In this document: in pieces, positions 63,446-64,000 of the stretch
How positions within the stretch are numbered: position 1 is the stretch's first letter
How the letters are laid out: every line of letters starts with the position of its first letter
NCBI RefSeq assembly: GCF_006345805.1
Contig: NC_043019.1
Span: 15,127,360-15,191,359 of the forward strand
Source of the DNA: Octopus sinensis
Lineage: Eukaryota
Length of the DNA: 64,000 nt
Direction: 5' to 3'
Notes under the pieces: generated by a model
Databases searched by the model: none
Seen by the model: the letters and a program-made list of their open reading frames with translations, nothing else
Told to the model about the DNA's origin: nothing
Translations under genes and position numbers: made by a program

Positions 63446-64000
63446 GAACCTGACACCATGCGGTTGGGAAGCTAATTTCTGAAACACCTAGCCAAACCTG
63501 TACCATTGAGGTCGAATTCACCTTTCATCCTTTTGAAGTTAATAAAATAAACACCAGTGGGGCCAGTGCAATCAACCTTAGCCCCTAAACCCAAAATTAC
63601 AGGCCTACAGAAACCAATATTAATTTATCAACATAAGCATTTTTTTCTTTCTAATTTTGGCACAGTCCCAGTAAATTTGATGGACAGGGGGCAAACAGAA
63701 TACCTCAACCCCAATACTTGACTGCTACTTTATTTCACTGACCCTAAAAGGATGAAAGGCAAAGTCAACCTTGGTGGGATTTGAACTCAGAATGTAAAAT
63801 CCCAGAAGAGTTACAGTTAAGTATTTTGTCCCGGTGCACTAACGATTCTGACAGCTTGCCTCCTTTAATATAAAACTGATGGATTATTATTCAAGATGGC
63901 ATAAAATGCCATATTGACAGTCCTCTTGTGAGATCAGGTGGTTCACAGATGGCAACCAAATTTCTTTGAAGTAGCATTTGGTATATTCCGAAATCAGGGG

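Overview
AT-rich eukaryotic (animal) genomic DNA with no recognisable intact host gene; it reads as intergenic or deep intronic sequence. The SINE families and the density of (TA)n/(CA)n/(GA)n/(TAA)n/(CAT)n microsatellites suggest a cephalopod (octopus) genome, which is an inference from pattern recognition and not a database result. The window is a mosaic of repeats. These include at least five tRNA-headed SINE families, 3' fragments of RTE and R4/Dong LINEs, and Tc1/mariner remnants (classical mariner and DD41D). It also holds hAT-like and piggyBac-like (TTAA) MITEs, a Helitron helicase remnant, a Helentron-like element, minisatellites, and one 100-N gap (10363-10462). Nearly all ORFs in the supplied track are microsatellite or SINE read-through. 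The most interesting signal is three unrelated short repeat families (five copies) that share the architecture of the minimal type-I hammerhead ribozymes known from Penelope-like elements. One family sits directly behind a tRNA-like Pol III head and forms an inverted pair (43373-43818). Also notable are a perfect 48-bp hairpin (18374-18476), several foldback elements, and a SINE whose internal microsatellite repeatedly receives other insertions. SINE and LINE boundaries are approximate (about +/-10 bp); TIR, TSD and hairpin coordinates were counted by hand.
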